A stretch of DNA of 64,000 nucleotides, from NCBI GenBank assembly GCA_944390735.1, contig CALXRL010000031.1, positions 8,955 to 72,954 on the forward strand. The letters are read 5' to 3'. Shown piece by piece: positions 48,056-56,036 of this stretch. Within the stretch, counting starts at the first letter, position 1; every line of letters starts with the position of its first letter. Position numbers and translations under genes: made by a program. The stretch comes from an uncultured Victivallales bacterium. GTDB taxonomy: Bacteria > Verrucomicrobiota > Lentisphaeria > Victivallales > UBA1829. The notes below the pieces were generated by a model. The model was given only the letters and a program-made list of their open reading frames with translations, had not been told where the DNA came from and ran no database searches.

Positions 48056-48084
48056 TTGTAATTTTGCATTTTTCCGTGTATATT
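48056..48084 (+). promoter_or_regulatory. Putative sigma70 promoter of the IscU-like/GGGtGRT bicistron
   Basis: TTGTAA, 17 nt, TATATT. Located 54 nt upstream of ATG 48138. SD aaggag. Confidence 0.45.
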
Positions 48085-48137
48085 TTCGCGAAGAGGAAAG
48101 GCAACATTCAACCCAACCAAACCCAAGGAGTAGAAAA

Positions 48138-48845
48138 ATGCAATTTACTCATGAAGTCGAGCAGATGTGCTGCGTCGCCAAGGGGCCGAAAAACCCTCCC
48201 GCTCCGATTCCGCAGGAAGGCGGATGGACCCACGTTAAGGAAATCAATCAGATTTCCGGTCTTACCCACGGCGTGGGCTGGTGCGCCCCGCAGCAGGGCG
48301 CCTGTAAGCTGACGCTGAACGTCAAGGACGGCATCATTCAGGAAGCTCTGGTGGAGACCATCGGCTGCTCCGGCATGACACACTCCGCCGCCATGGCCGC
48401 GGAAATTCTTCCGGGCAAAACCATTCTGGAAGCGCTGAACACCGACCTGGTCTGCGATGCGATCAACACGGCCATGCGCGAACTCTTCCTTCAGATCGTC
48501 TACGGTCGCACCCAGACGGCTTTCTCCGAAGGCGGACTGCCCATCGGCGCCGGACTCGAGGACCTCAAACAGCTTCGTTCCATCACCGGAACCATGTACG
48601 GAACCAGTGCAAAGGGCGTCCGGTATCTGGAAATGGCCGAAGGGTATGTCACAGGGCTTGCGCTCGATGAGGAAAACAAGGTCATCGGCTATGAATTCGT
48701 CAATCTCGGCAAGATGATGGAAGCCGTCAATTCCGGCAAGGAAGACGTCCTCAACATGCCGGTCAAGGATTTCGTCAAGAAGTTCCAGAAGACCTACGGA
48801 CGCTTCGCCGACGCTGTGAAAGTCATCAACCCGCGCAAAGCATAA
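48138..48845 (+). CDS. IscU/NifU N-terminal-domain-like Fe-S scaffold homolog with N- and C-terminal extensions
   Basis: 235 aa. Three scaffold-type Cys contexts: GVGWCAPQQGACKLTLNV, ETIGCSGMTHSAAMAAEIL, and DLVCDAINTAMREL. Extra N-terminal CC pair (QMCCVAKG). Confidence 0.7.
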   Translation: MQFTHEVEQMCCVAKGPKNPPAPIPQEGGWTHVKEINQISGLTHGVGWCAPQQGACKLTLNVKDGIIQEALVETIGCSGMTHSAAMAAEILPGKTILEALNTDLVCDAINTAMRELFLQIVYGRTQTAFSEGGLPIGAGLEDLKQLRSITGTMYGTSAKGVRYLEMAEGYVTGLALDEENKVIGYEFVNLGKMMEAVNSGKEDVLNMPVKDFVKKFQKTYGRFADAVKVINPRKA

Positions 48846-48857
48846 GGAGTAGTCATC

Positions 48858-49862
48858 ATGCCATTGTTTGAAAGCTATGAACGCCGGATCAAACAGATCA
48901 ACAAATTTCTGAATGATAACGGAATCGCTTCCATTGAAGAAGCGGAAAAAATCTGCAAGGACAAAGGCCTCGACATCTATCAGCGGGTCAAGGATATTCA
49001 GCCGATCTGCTTTGAAAATGCCTGCTGGGCTTATCTGGTCGGTGCCGCTGTCGCGATCAAGCGCGGTCAGACGGTTGCATCCGAAATCGCCAAGACTCTG
49101 GGTGAAGGGCTTCAGTCCTTCTGCATTCCCGGATCCGTTGCCGATGACCGCAAAGTCGGTATCGGACATGGAAATCTCGCATCCATGCTTCTTCAGGACA
49201 AGACCAAATGCTTTGCGTTCTGTGCCGGTCATGAGTCCTTTGCCGCCGCGGAAGGCGCCATCGGACTGGCAAAATCCGCCAACAAAGCGCGGAAAGAGCC
49301 TCTCCGCGTCATTCTGAACGGCCTCGGCAAGGATGCGGCGGAAATCATCTCCCGCATCAACGGCTTCACCCATGTCGAAACCAAATTCGACTACAAGACC
49401 GGAGAACTCAAGGTCACGAAGGAAAAAGCCTACTCCACCGGTGCCCGTGCCGCGGTTCGCTGCTATGGCGCTGACGATGTCCGCGAAGGCGTCGCCATCA
49501 TGTGGAAAGAGGATGTGGATATTGCCATCACCGGAAACTCCACCAATCCGACTCGTTTCCAGCATCCTGTCATGGGAACCTACAAGAAAGAGCGTATTGA
49601 AGCTGGCAAGCCCTTCTTCTCCGTTGCCTCCGGCGGCGGAACGGGCAGAACTCTTCATCCGGACAACATGGCTGCCGGTCCCGCCTCCTATGGCATGACG
49701 GACACCATGGGAAGAATGCACTCCGATGCTCAGTTCGCCGGGTCCTCTTCCGTTCCCGCCCACGTCGAAATGATGGGATTGATCGGGATGGGCAACAACC
49801 CGATGGTCGGTGCGTCTGTTGACGTCGCCGTCGCTGTCGAACAGGCAATGAAGAAGGCGTAA
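48858..49862 (+). CDS. GGGtGRT family protein (function unknown)
   Basis: 334 aa. Contains the eponymous motif FSVASGGGTGRTLHPDN. Size matches the family (about 330 aa). 12-nt gap after the IscU-like gene. Confidence 0.85.
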   Translation: MPLFESYERRIKQINKFLNDNGIASIEEAEKICKDKGLDIYQRVKDIQPICFENACWAYLVGAAVAIKRGQTVASEIAKTLGEGLQSFCIPGSVADDRKVGIGHGNLASMLLQDKTKCFAFCAGHESFAAAEGAIGLAKSANKARKEPLRVILNGLGKDAAEIISRINGFTHVETKFDYKTGELKVTKEKAYSTGARAAVRCYGADDVREGVAIMWKEDVDIAITGNSTNPTRFQHPVMGTYKKERIEAGKPFFSVASGGGTGRTLHPDNMAAGPASYGMTDTMGRMHSDAQFAGSSSVPAHVEMMGLIGMGNNPMVGASVDVAVAVEQAMKKA

Positions 49863-49893
49863 GACTTCTTTCCCCTGCTTGAAAGCTGAAGAC

Positions 49894-49929
49894 AGAGCCG
49901 TTCCATGAAAACTGGAACGGCTCTTTTTT
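49894..49929 (+). terminator. Rho-independent terminator after the GGGtGRT gene
   Basis: 12-bp stem agagccgttcca/tggaacggctct, 7-nt loop, T5 run. Confidence 0.8.
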
Positions 49930-49941
49930 ATTTGCAGAAAA

Positions 49942-50318
49942 ACTTCCGGTATTTGTCTGCCGGAGGAATCAGAACGGGAAAATGCGGGAGCATTTTTCCC
50001 GGGTCAAGGACGGTGTCCTTGTCGCGGTCCAGCGGCGAGACGCTGGCCGTGCGCAGCACGGAATCTTTTGAACAGTCGTAAAAAAACGAAAAAAATCTTC
50101 CCGCATGGGAAATGAGAGTTTTACTTCCGGTACTTGTCTGCCGGAGGAATCAGAACGGAAAAATGCGGGAGCATTTTTCTCGGGTCAAGGACGATGTACT
50201 TGTCGCGGTCCAGCGGCGAGACGCTGGCCGTGCGCAGCACGGAATCTTGTTTTTCAAGAAGGAATGCGCCTGCGGGAAGATGCGCAGCACGGAATCTTGT
50301 TTTTCAAGAAGGAATGCG
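49942..50318. repeat. Non-coding duplicated element: 126-nt unit x2 (49942-50067, 50123-50248) plus 37-nt sub-repeat x2 (50232-50268, 50282-50318)
   Basis: Direct comparison shows the two 126-nt copies differ at 5 positions. The 37-mer gcgcagcacggaatcttgtttttcaagaaggaatgcg recurs with a 50-nt period. An 11-bp inverted repeat atcttcccgca (50095-50105) / tgcgggaagat (50271-50281) brackets copy 2. Confidence 0.85.
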
Positions 50319-50319
50319 A

Positions 50320-50353
50320 GAGAAGAAAACCGCTTTGAAAAGCGGTTCTTCTC
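50320..50353. terminator. Hairpin between convergent genes (possible uxuA terminator, weak U-tract)
   Basis: aaccgctt/aagcggtt 8-bp stem with a tgaa loop, extendable by 6 bp across a 2-nt bulge. About 97 nt downstream of the uxuA stop. The flanks are only moderately T-rich. Confidence 0.3.
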
Positions 50354-50449
50354 CCCTCGCGCTCCCCTCTTTCCCGAAACTTCTGACGCCTTTGCATCAT
50401 CCGCAAAGGCTCTCACTTCGTGTTCCGTTTTCCAGGAGGGATGGAAATA

Positions 50450-51655
50450 TTAGGCGTTCAACGCCTCGGGATACAGCGATTTGATGATTCCCAATTCCAG
50501 ACCGCGAATTTCCGCAAGACCTTTCAGGCGGCCGATCGCCGTATAACCGGGATTCGGACACGGGGGTTTGGAAAGATCATCCAGCATGGTGTGTCCATGA
50601 TCGGGGCGGAAAGGAATCCGCCAGTCGGGACGACCCTCTTTTTTGCGGCGGAGCTGCTCTTCAATAATCGCTTTGACAAGGCCGTACATATCGACACAGC
50701 CTTCCAGATGATTCGCTTCAAAGAAGTTGCCCTCGCTGTCATGCTGAGTGCTCCGAAGATGAATGAAGCCGACACGCGAAGCACAGGATTTGAACATTTC
50801 CACGATGTTGTTGTCGAGTCTTCCGCTGAAGCTTCCCGCACAGAAACAGATGCCGTTGGCCGGAATATCGACCATATTCAGAAGAACTTTGATATCCTCC
50901 TGCGTGCTGAAGATGCGCGGCAGTCCGAGAATGGAACGCGGCGGATCATCCGGATGAATCACCATCACACAACCCGCCTCCTGCGCCACGGGAGCAACTT
51001 CGGAAAGGAAATATCGGAGATTCGCCTTGAGATCCTCTCGGGTCACATCGGCATAACGGGCAAGCATCGCGCGGATGTCATCCAGCGTAACGCCCTTGAA
51101 GCCCGGGAAGTTGTCAATGATGCCGCGAGTCAGCGTATCGCGCTGCTCTTCCGAGAGACTTTTGAAATACTCTTCCGCTTTTTTCACCATTTCGGGCGCA
51201 TAATCCATTTCCGCGCCGGCGCGTTTCAGAATAAAGATTTCAAACGCGGCAAACTCTTTCTGATTGAAGAAGAGCGCCTCGGACCCATCGGGAAGCTTGT
51301 AATGCAGATCCGTCCGGATCCAGTCCAGCACGGGCATGAAATTGTACGTGATGATCTTCACGCCGCATTTTCCGAGATTGCGCAGAGACGTTTTGTAGTT
51401 TTCAATGTATTGGAGATAGTTTCCGGAGCGGACCTTGATGTCCTCGTGAACCGGAAGACTCTCCACCACGTTCCAGATCAGTCCCGCATCCTCGATTTTC
51501 TTCTTGTAAGCCAGAATCTCCTCGACGGGCCAGACCTCTCCGTAGGGAATATGATGAAGCGAACTGACCACACCCTTCGCCCCCGTCTGCCGCACATACT
51601 CCAGAGGCACCGGATCCTTGGGTCCGTACCAGCGGAACGATTCTTCCATGAACAT
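50450..51655 (-). CDS. uxuA: Mannonate dehydratase
   Basis: 401 aa. MEESFRWYGPKDPVPLEYVRQTGAKGVVSSLHHIPYGEVW..NFMPVLDWIRTDL aligns by eye with E. coli UxuA (MEQTWRWYGPNDPVSL..NFMPVLDWTRTDL). Confidence 0.95.
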   Translation of the reverse strand: MFMEESFRWYGPKDPVPLEYVRQTGAKGVVSSLHHIPYGEVWPVEEILAYKKKIEDAGLIWNVVESLPVHEDIKVRSGNYLQYIENYKTSLRNLGKCGVKIITYNFMPVLDWIRTDLHYKLPDGSEALFFNQKEFAAFEIFILKRAGAEMDYAPEMVKKAEEYFKSLSEEQRDTLTRGIIDNFPGFKGVTLDDIRAMLARYADVTREDLKANLRYFLSEVAPVAQEAGCVMVIHPDDPPRSILGLPRIFSTQEDIKVLLNMVDIPANGICFCAGSFSGRLDNNIVEMFKSCASRVGFIHLRSTQHDSEGNFFEANHLEGCVDMYGLVKAIIEEQLRRKKEGRPDWRIPFRPDHGHTMLDDLSKPPCPNPGYTAIGRLKGLAEIRGLELGIIKSLYPEALNA

Positions 51656-51945
51656 AATTTTATTCTCCTTCCTTGTTTTGGAAAATCACTACGCATAGTT
51701 TATCATCTCATCTCCCTTTTTACAAGCCGGACCCGTCCGGCTTCCAATGCAAAAATATGGAGAAAATGATTCCGGGATCTTCCGCGGATTCCAAACCTCA
51801 TCCGCTCCTTCCATCCTCTCGAGGGAGTTTCTTCGGGAAAGATGGAAAACGTGGTTGACTTTTCTTTTTTTATGGTATGATTAGAATCGGCGGAGCGGTT
51901 TCCGCCTGAAAAACAACCATTCAACATCAACAAGGAGAGAAACAC

Positions 51946-52533
51946 ATGAAAAAACTTTTGGCTCTTGCACTTCTGGCAGCCGGATTCGTTGCGCTCCATG
52001 CGGCGGACGCGACCTTCCGGGTTGACGTGAACGGCGTCAAGGACAAAGTGAGCTTCACGATCCACCCGAACGAGGAGATGAACGCAGCTCCCCAGGGCTG
52101 GGTCAAACAGAACAAGGAATGCACCATCACTTACTGGGCGAAAAAGAAGGTCACTTCCTCCGACTGGGAAGATTATGAAATCAGCTTCACTCCCAAAACC
52201 TCCGGAACGGTGGGGATTTCGGTCGCCGGTCAGTGGGCACAAACGCAGGCTGCCCGCGCATGGGTTCTTGTCAACAAGGTGGAACTGAACGACAAACTGT
52301 ACCCGAACGGCAATTTCACCAAGACTTTCAAAACCAAAAACGGTCAGGTGATTCCGAGTGGGTTCTGGCTTTCCGGCAAGGCGAAATATCTGCCGACGGC
52401 CGGGGAAAAAGGCACTCCCGCGGTTCTTGTCAACCATGACAACCGTCTTTCCTTCAATGTCAAGGTGGAAGCGGGAAAGAAATATGTGTTTGAATTCGAA
52501 GTCAAAGCGGCAACGCCGGATCAGGTGAAATAA
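51946..52533 (+). CDS. Secreted hypothetical protein, beta-sandwich/CBM-like
   Basis: Signal peptide MKKLLALALLAAGFVALHA. 195 aa, beta-rich. Followed by a strong terminator. No family recognised. Confidence 0.65.
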   Translation: MKKLLALALLAAGFVALHAADATFRVDVNGVKDKVSFTIHPNEEMNAAPQGWVKQNKECTITYWAKKKVTSSDWEDYEISFTPKTSGTVGISVAGQWAQTQAARAWVLVNKVELNDKLYPNGNFTKTFKTKNGQVIPSGFWLSGKAKYLPTAGEKGTPAVLVNHDNRLSFNVKVEAGKKYVFEFEVKAATPDQVK

Positions 52534-52563
52534 TCCGTCTGGCGGATTTTTCAGCTGAAATTC

Positions 52564-52608
52564 AGGGCGGCCATATCCCGGAAGATGTGGCCGCCCTTTC
52601 TATATTTT
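52564..52608 (+). terminator. Rho-independent terminator
   Basis: 10-bp GC stem agggcggcca/tggccgccct, followed by ttctatatttt. Confidence 0.6.
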
Positions 52609-52742
52609 CCCCGAATCCGATTTGATTTGTTTTTTTACTGACAGTATAGTACCACTTTCTGAAAAATCAGCTCAGAGAGGTGCTCCGAATCGGTTTTTCA
52701 GAGACTCTTTGAACTGGAAACCAACACGGAAGGTCCGTGAAA

Positions 52743-53219
52743 ATGAAATGTCCGAGATGCGCATGCCAGGATGACAAGGTGATTGATTCGCGTTCCATTA
52801 AAGATGGAGCCGGCGTCCGGAGACGGCGGGAATGCACCGGATGCGGATATCGGTTCACTACGTGCGAGGAGATCATTCCCAATGAACTCAAGGTTCTCAA
52901 ACGCAGCGGACAGCGGGAAAACTTCGACCGGGAAAAACTCCGCGCCGGACTGGAAAAAGCCTGCTGGAAACGCGAAATCACTCAGGAACAGGTCGATGCT
53001 CTGGTGAACAAGCTGGTCTCGTCGATCGAAAACGACTACGACCGGGAGGTCTCCTCCGTGGAGATCGGAGCCCGCGCCATTGAGGCGCTCCGCGAACTGG
53101 ACGAAGTGGCCTGCATCAGTTTCGCCTCCGTCTACAAGGATTTCAAAAATCTGGACGAGTTCATCAAGGAGATCCGAACGATGAACCGGGTCAAGAAAAA
53201 AGCGCTGGGCGGCAAATAA
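52743..53219 (+). CDS. nrdR: Transcriptional repressor NrdR (zinc ribbon + ATP-cone)
   Basis: MKCPRCACQDDKVIDSRSIKDGAGVRRRRECTGCGYRFTTCE is the Zn ribbon. VLKRSGQRENFDREKLRAGLEKAC.. is the ATP-cone. The track start at 52737 is a GTG too close to the SD. Confidence 0.93.
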   Translation: MKCPRCACQDDKVIDSRSIKDGAGVRRRRECTGCGYRFTTCEEIIPNELKVLKRSGQRENFDREKLRAGLEKACWKREITQEQVDALVNKLVSSIENDYDREVSSVEIGARAIEALRELDEVACISFASVYKDFKNLDEFIKEIRTMNRVKKKALGGK

Positions 53220-55018
53220 TGAGCGATCGGAAGAGACGCTTTCTGAGATATGCCGGCCTGAGCCTTGTCCGCTGCGAGGATTTCCTGCGCCAGTGGCTCG
53301 GCAATCAGGGATATATTCTTCTGCTCAGCGTTGTGGTGGGACTGCTTTCGGGACTGGCGGCGGTCACGCTGAAAACACTCACGGAATCCTGTCATCATCT
53401 GGCGCGTCAGGCGGAAGGCAACTGGGTGGAATGGATCGCTCCGGCCCTGCCGGCGGCCGGCATTCTTTTCTGTGTGATTTTTGTCAAACTGTTTGTGAAG
53501 GGCTCCTACGACAAAAGCCTTGCCAATGTGATTGTCGCAACCACGAACGGCACCAGCGATATTCCGAAGCAGAAGACCTATTCCCATATCATCACCAGCG
53601 GGATCTGTGTCGGGCTCGGCGGTTCGGCGGGACTGGAGGCGCCGATTGCGCTGACCGGTTCGGCCATCGGATCCAACGTCGCCAAAGTGCTGCGCACGGG
53701 ACTGGAGACCAGAACTCTGCTGCTGGCATGCGGAGGCGGCGCGGGAATTTCCGCCATTTTCAACAGTCCGGTGGCGGGAGCTTTGTTCGCCTGCGAGATT
53801 CTTCTTCCCTCCTTTTCGGTTCCGGCGCTGGTGCCTCTGCTTCTGGCATCGGCCACGGCGGCGGTGCTTTCGGAAACGCTGTATGACAATCAGCCGTTTG
53901 TTCAGCTCAGCAGCGGCTGGAGCTCGGTGAACATTCCGTTCTATGTGGTGCTCGGCGTTCTTGCGGGACTGGTTTCGGCTTATACCATCAAGGGGTCGAT
54001 CTATCTGGGAAAGCGGTGGGCAGTCCTGAAAAATCCGTGGCTGAAGGCTCTGACGGGCGGAGCGATTCTGTATGTCCTGTTCCTGTTTCTTCCCGCGCTG
54101 AAAGGGGAGGGGTACGCCTTTATTTCCGCCATTGTGGACGGCAATGACAGCGTCATTATGAAATACTCTCCGTTCGGGGAGTATATCGGCACGGGCTGGC
54201 TTTTCCTGGGAATCTGCGTGCTGCTGGTTCTGCTGAAGGTGTTTACGGCGTCGGCGACGCTGGAATCGGGGGGCGACGGCGGAATCTTTGCTCCGTCGAT
54301 GTTCATTGGAGCGTTCACGGGGTTCTGTCTGGCGCGGTTTGTGAACATGGTGGCGCCGTCGCATCAGCTGAGCGAAGTCAACTTCATTGCGGTCGGCATG
54401 GGCGGCGTGATCGCCGGCGTCATGCACGCGCCGATGACGGGAATGTTTCTGATTGCGGAGATCACGGGAGGATACCGATTGTTCATTCCGCTGATGATCG
54501 TCGCCTCGCTTTCCTGTTTCATTTCGAAGAAGATCGCGAAATACAACGTTTACAAATCGGTGATTCAGCTTCGCGGGGGCGCACCGGAGCCGAATCCGAC
54601 GGCGCTGATGCTGGATCGGGTCAAGGTGGGCGACCTGGTGGAAAACGACTACCTTCCGGTTTCGGTTTCCGACAATCTGCGGACGCTGCTGAAAGATGTG
54701 ATGACCTCCCGGCGGAACATCTTTCCGGTTCTGGATGAGAACGGGAAAATCGTGGGGATCGTGACGCTGGACGATGTGCGGCCGTTTCTGCTGGATTCGA
54801 ATCTGTACGATGTGGCGCTGGTTTACGATGTGATGTCCAACGCGCCGCCTGTGCTGGATGCCAGCGACACCCTTGCCGCGGCGACCCGTTTGTTCGAGAG
54901 TCTGAACACCTGGCTGGTGCCGGTCACCAGGGAGGGGCGGTATATCGGCTTCGTCTCGAAAACCGGCGTTTTCGACAAGTACCGGGAACTGCTGAGAAAT
55001 CAGAAGGAGCTTTTCTGA
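53219..55018 (+). CDS. ClC family chloride channel/antiporter with C-terminal CBS pair
   Basis: GLGGSAGLEAPI, GGGAGISAIFNSPVAGALFACE, and GGIFAPSMFIGA are selectivity-filter blocks. Two CBS motifs at the C-terminus. The start overlaps the nrdR stop (TAATG). Confidence 0.93.
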   Translation: MSDRKRRFLRYAGLSLVRCEDFLRQWLGNQGYILLLSVVVGLLSGLAAVTLKTLTESCHHLARQAEGNWVEWIAPALPAAGILFCVIFVKLFVKGSYDKSLANVIVATTNGTSDIPKQKTYSHIITSGICVGLGGSAGLEAPIALTGSAIGSNVAKVLRTGLETRTLLLACGGGAGISAIFNSPVAGALFACEILLPSFSVPALVPLLLASATAAVLSETLYDNQPFVQLSSGWSSVNIPFYVVLGVLAGLVSAYTIKGSIYLGKRWAVLKNPWLKALTGGAILYVLFLFLPALKGEGYAFISAIVDGNDSVIMKYSPFGEYIGTGWLFLGICVLLVLLKVFTASATLESGGDGGIFAPSMFIGAFTGFCLARFVNMVAPSHQLSEVNFIAVGMGGVIAGVMHAPMTGMFLIAEITGGYRLFIPLMIVASLSCFISKKIAKYNVYKSVIQLRGGAPEPNPTALMLDRVKVGDLVENDYLPVSVSDNLRTLLKDVMTSRRNIFPVLDENGKIVGIVTLDDVRPFLLDSNLYDVALVYDVMSNAPPVLDASDTLAAATRLFESLNTWLVPVTREGRYIGFVSKTGVFDKYRELLRNQKELF

Positions 55019-55027
55019 GGAGGCATC

Positions 55028-55993
55028 ATGATTCAACTGAGCAATACCGCGATAATGATTGTCCGGCCGGATTCCTCTTCGATTCCGTTCGATGTGGAGG
55101 ACATCCAGACCCGGATTATCCGGGCGTGCATTGCGGCGGGCGAGACCGAATCATGGATTGCGGGCGACATTTCGCTTTCCGTGGAGTTCGCGCTGCTCTC
55201 GACCAAGAGCAGATTCATCAAGGAGAGCGATCTGAATCATCTGATTGTCCGGGCGCTGGAGGACTCCGGATATCCTCATGTGGCGGCGGAGTTCAAGCGG
55301 AGCGCCCCGGTTGCGCCGCCTTCCGACCTTCCGGTGAATGAGAAGTCGATCCGGACCACCGTGGCCGCCAGTCTCTCCCTCTCCGGGGAGAAACTGGAGA
55401 CGATTGTTTCCAAAGTGGAAGCGGCCTTGCGCGCGATCGGATTCGACCGCTGCTCCCCCCGTCTGATGCTGGAGCTTGCCCGGCAGTTCCGCGACCGGGA
55501 GACCGCGGTCCTTCCGCCGCTGGCGCTCAAGACCCATCCGCTGAAACCGGGGGGAGACATTCTGCTTCTTCAGCAGTCCGATTTCCGGGAGCTGGGGTCG
55601 CTGAACCTGAAGGATCTTTTTGCGGGGGGCTCGCTTCGTCTTTACGGGATCAGCCGTCTGTTTCCGGCTTTGCGGATCGACGTCTCCTTTCCGTGCTTTG
55701 CCGATGCGATGGAGCTCTCCAAGCCGGTATCGGAGCTGGCGCTGCTTGCTTCCTGGAACCGTCTTCTTTCCGGAATCGACGAGCTCTGCGAAAAGGCCGA
55801 TCATTTCTGTCGTTCGGAGGAGCTGCCGGTGGCGCTTCCGCTCCCGCTCTGCCTGAACTTCCGCGAAGCGCTGCGCTTTGCGGCGGAGTACATGAACTGT
55901 ACGCCGACGACCGTCACCGAGTGCATCCGCGGCGTTCTGAACGACTTCACCGGCGCACTCGAACGCAAACCCTTCAAAATCAACGTGGACTGA
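55028..55993 (+). CDS. Hypothetical protein with ATP-cone-like N-terminal domain
   Basis: IMIVRPDSSSIPFDVEDIQTRIIRACIAAG..ISLSVEFAL..IKESDLNHLIVRALEDSGYPHVAAEF follows the ATP-cone spacing pattern. The remaining about 230 aa are unrecognised. SD gaggagg. 9-nt gap after the ClC gene. Confidence 0.6.
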   Translation: MIQLSNTAIMIVRPDSSSIPFDVEDIQTRIIRACIAAGETESWIAGDISLSVEFALLSTKSRFIKESDLNHLIVRALEDSGYPHVAAEFKRSAPVAPPSDLPVNEKSIRTTVAASLSLSGEKLETIVSKVEAALRAIGFDRCSPRLMLELARQFRDRETAVLPPLALKTHPLKPGGDILLLQQSDFRELGSLNLKDLFAGGSLRLYGISRLFPALRIDVSFPCFADAMELSKPVSELALLASWNRLLSGIDELCEKADHFCRSEELPVALPLPLCLNFREALRFAAEYMNCTPTTVTECIRGVLNDFTGALERKPFKINVD

Positions 55994-56036
55994 CCGGTTA
56001 TCCGGGACAGGGTTCCCGTGGAGGATCCTCCGCAGA

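Noticed and set aside
49942-50318. Repeat region considered as a CRISPR array
   Set aside because: There are only two long (126-nt) and two short (37-nt) copies, the units are far longer than CRISPR repeats, the spacing is irregular, and no cas genes are present.
50105-50484. Small overlapping ORFs (77-116 aa, both strands) inside the repeat region
   Set aside because: They exist in several frames simply because the DNA is duplicated. They are Arg/Cys/Ser-rich with no SD or start context, and the 50-nt sub-repeat shifts the frame.
53132-55036. 634-aa minus-strand ORF. Similar long ORFs occur at 59095-61314(-), 30453-32108(+), 19744-21705(-), 21715-23223(-), 48108-49763(-), 15858-17798(+), 32777-34369(+), 25944-27365(+), 35396-36448(+), 7575-9029(-), 622-2073(-), 55998-56909(-), 57008-57970(-) and 38088-39023(-).
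   Set aside because: Each lies antisense to a gene with strong family motifs (ClC, pckG, membrane protein, DUF4965, GHL, GGGtGRT, GRE, M28/HIT, GH2-like, ftsA, regulator, metK, AraC, repeat protein, DUF4886). All have Arg/Pro/Gly-biased, motif-free translations.
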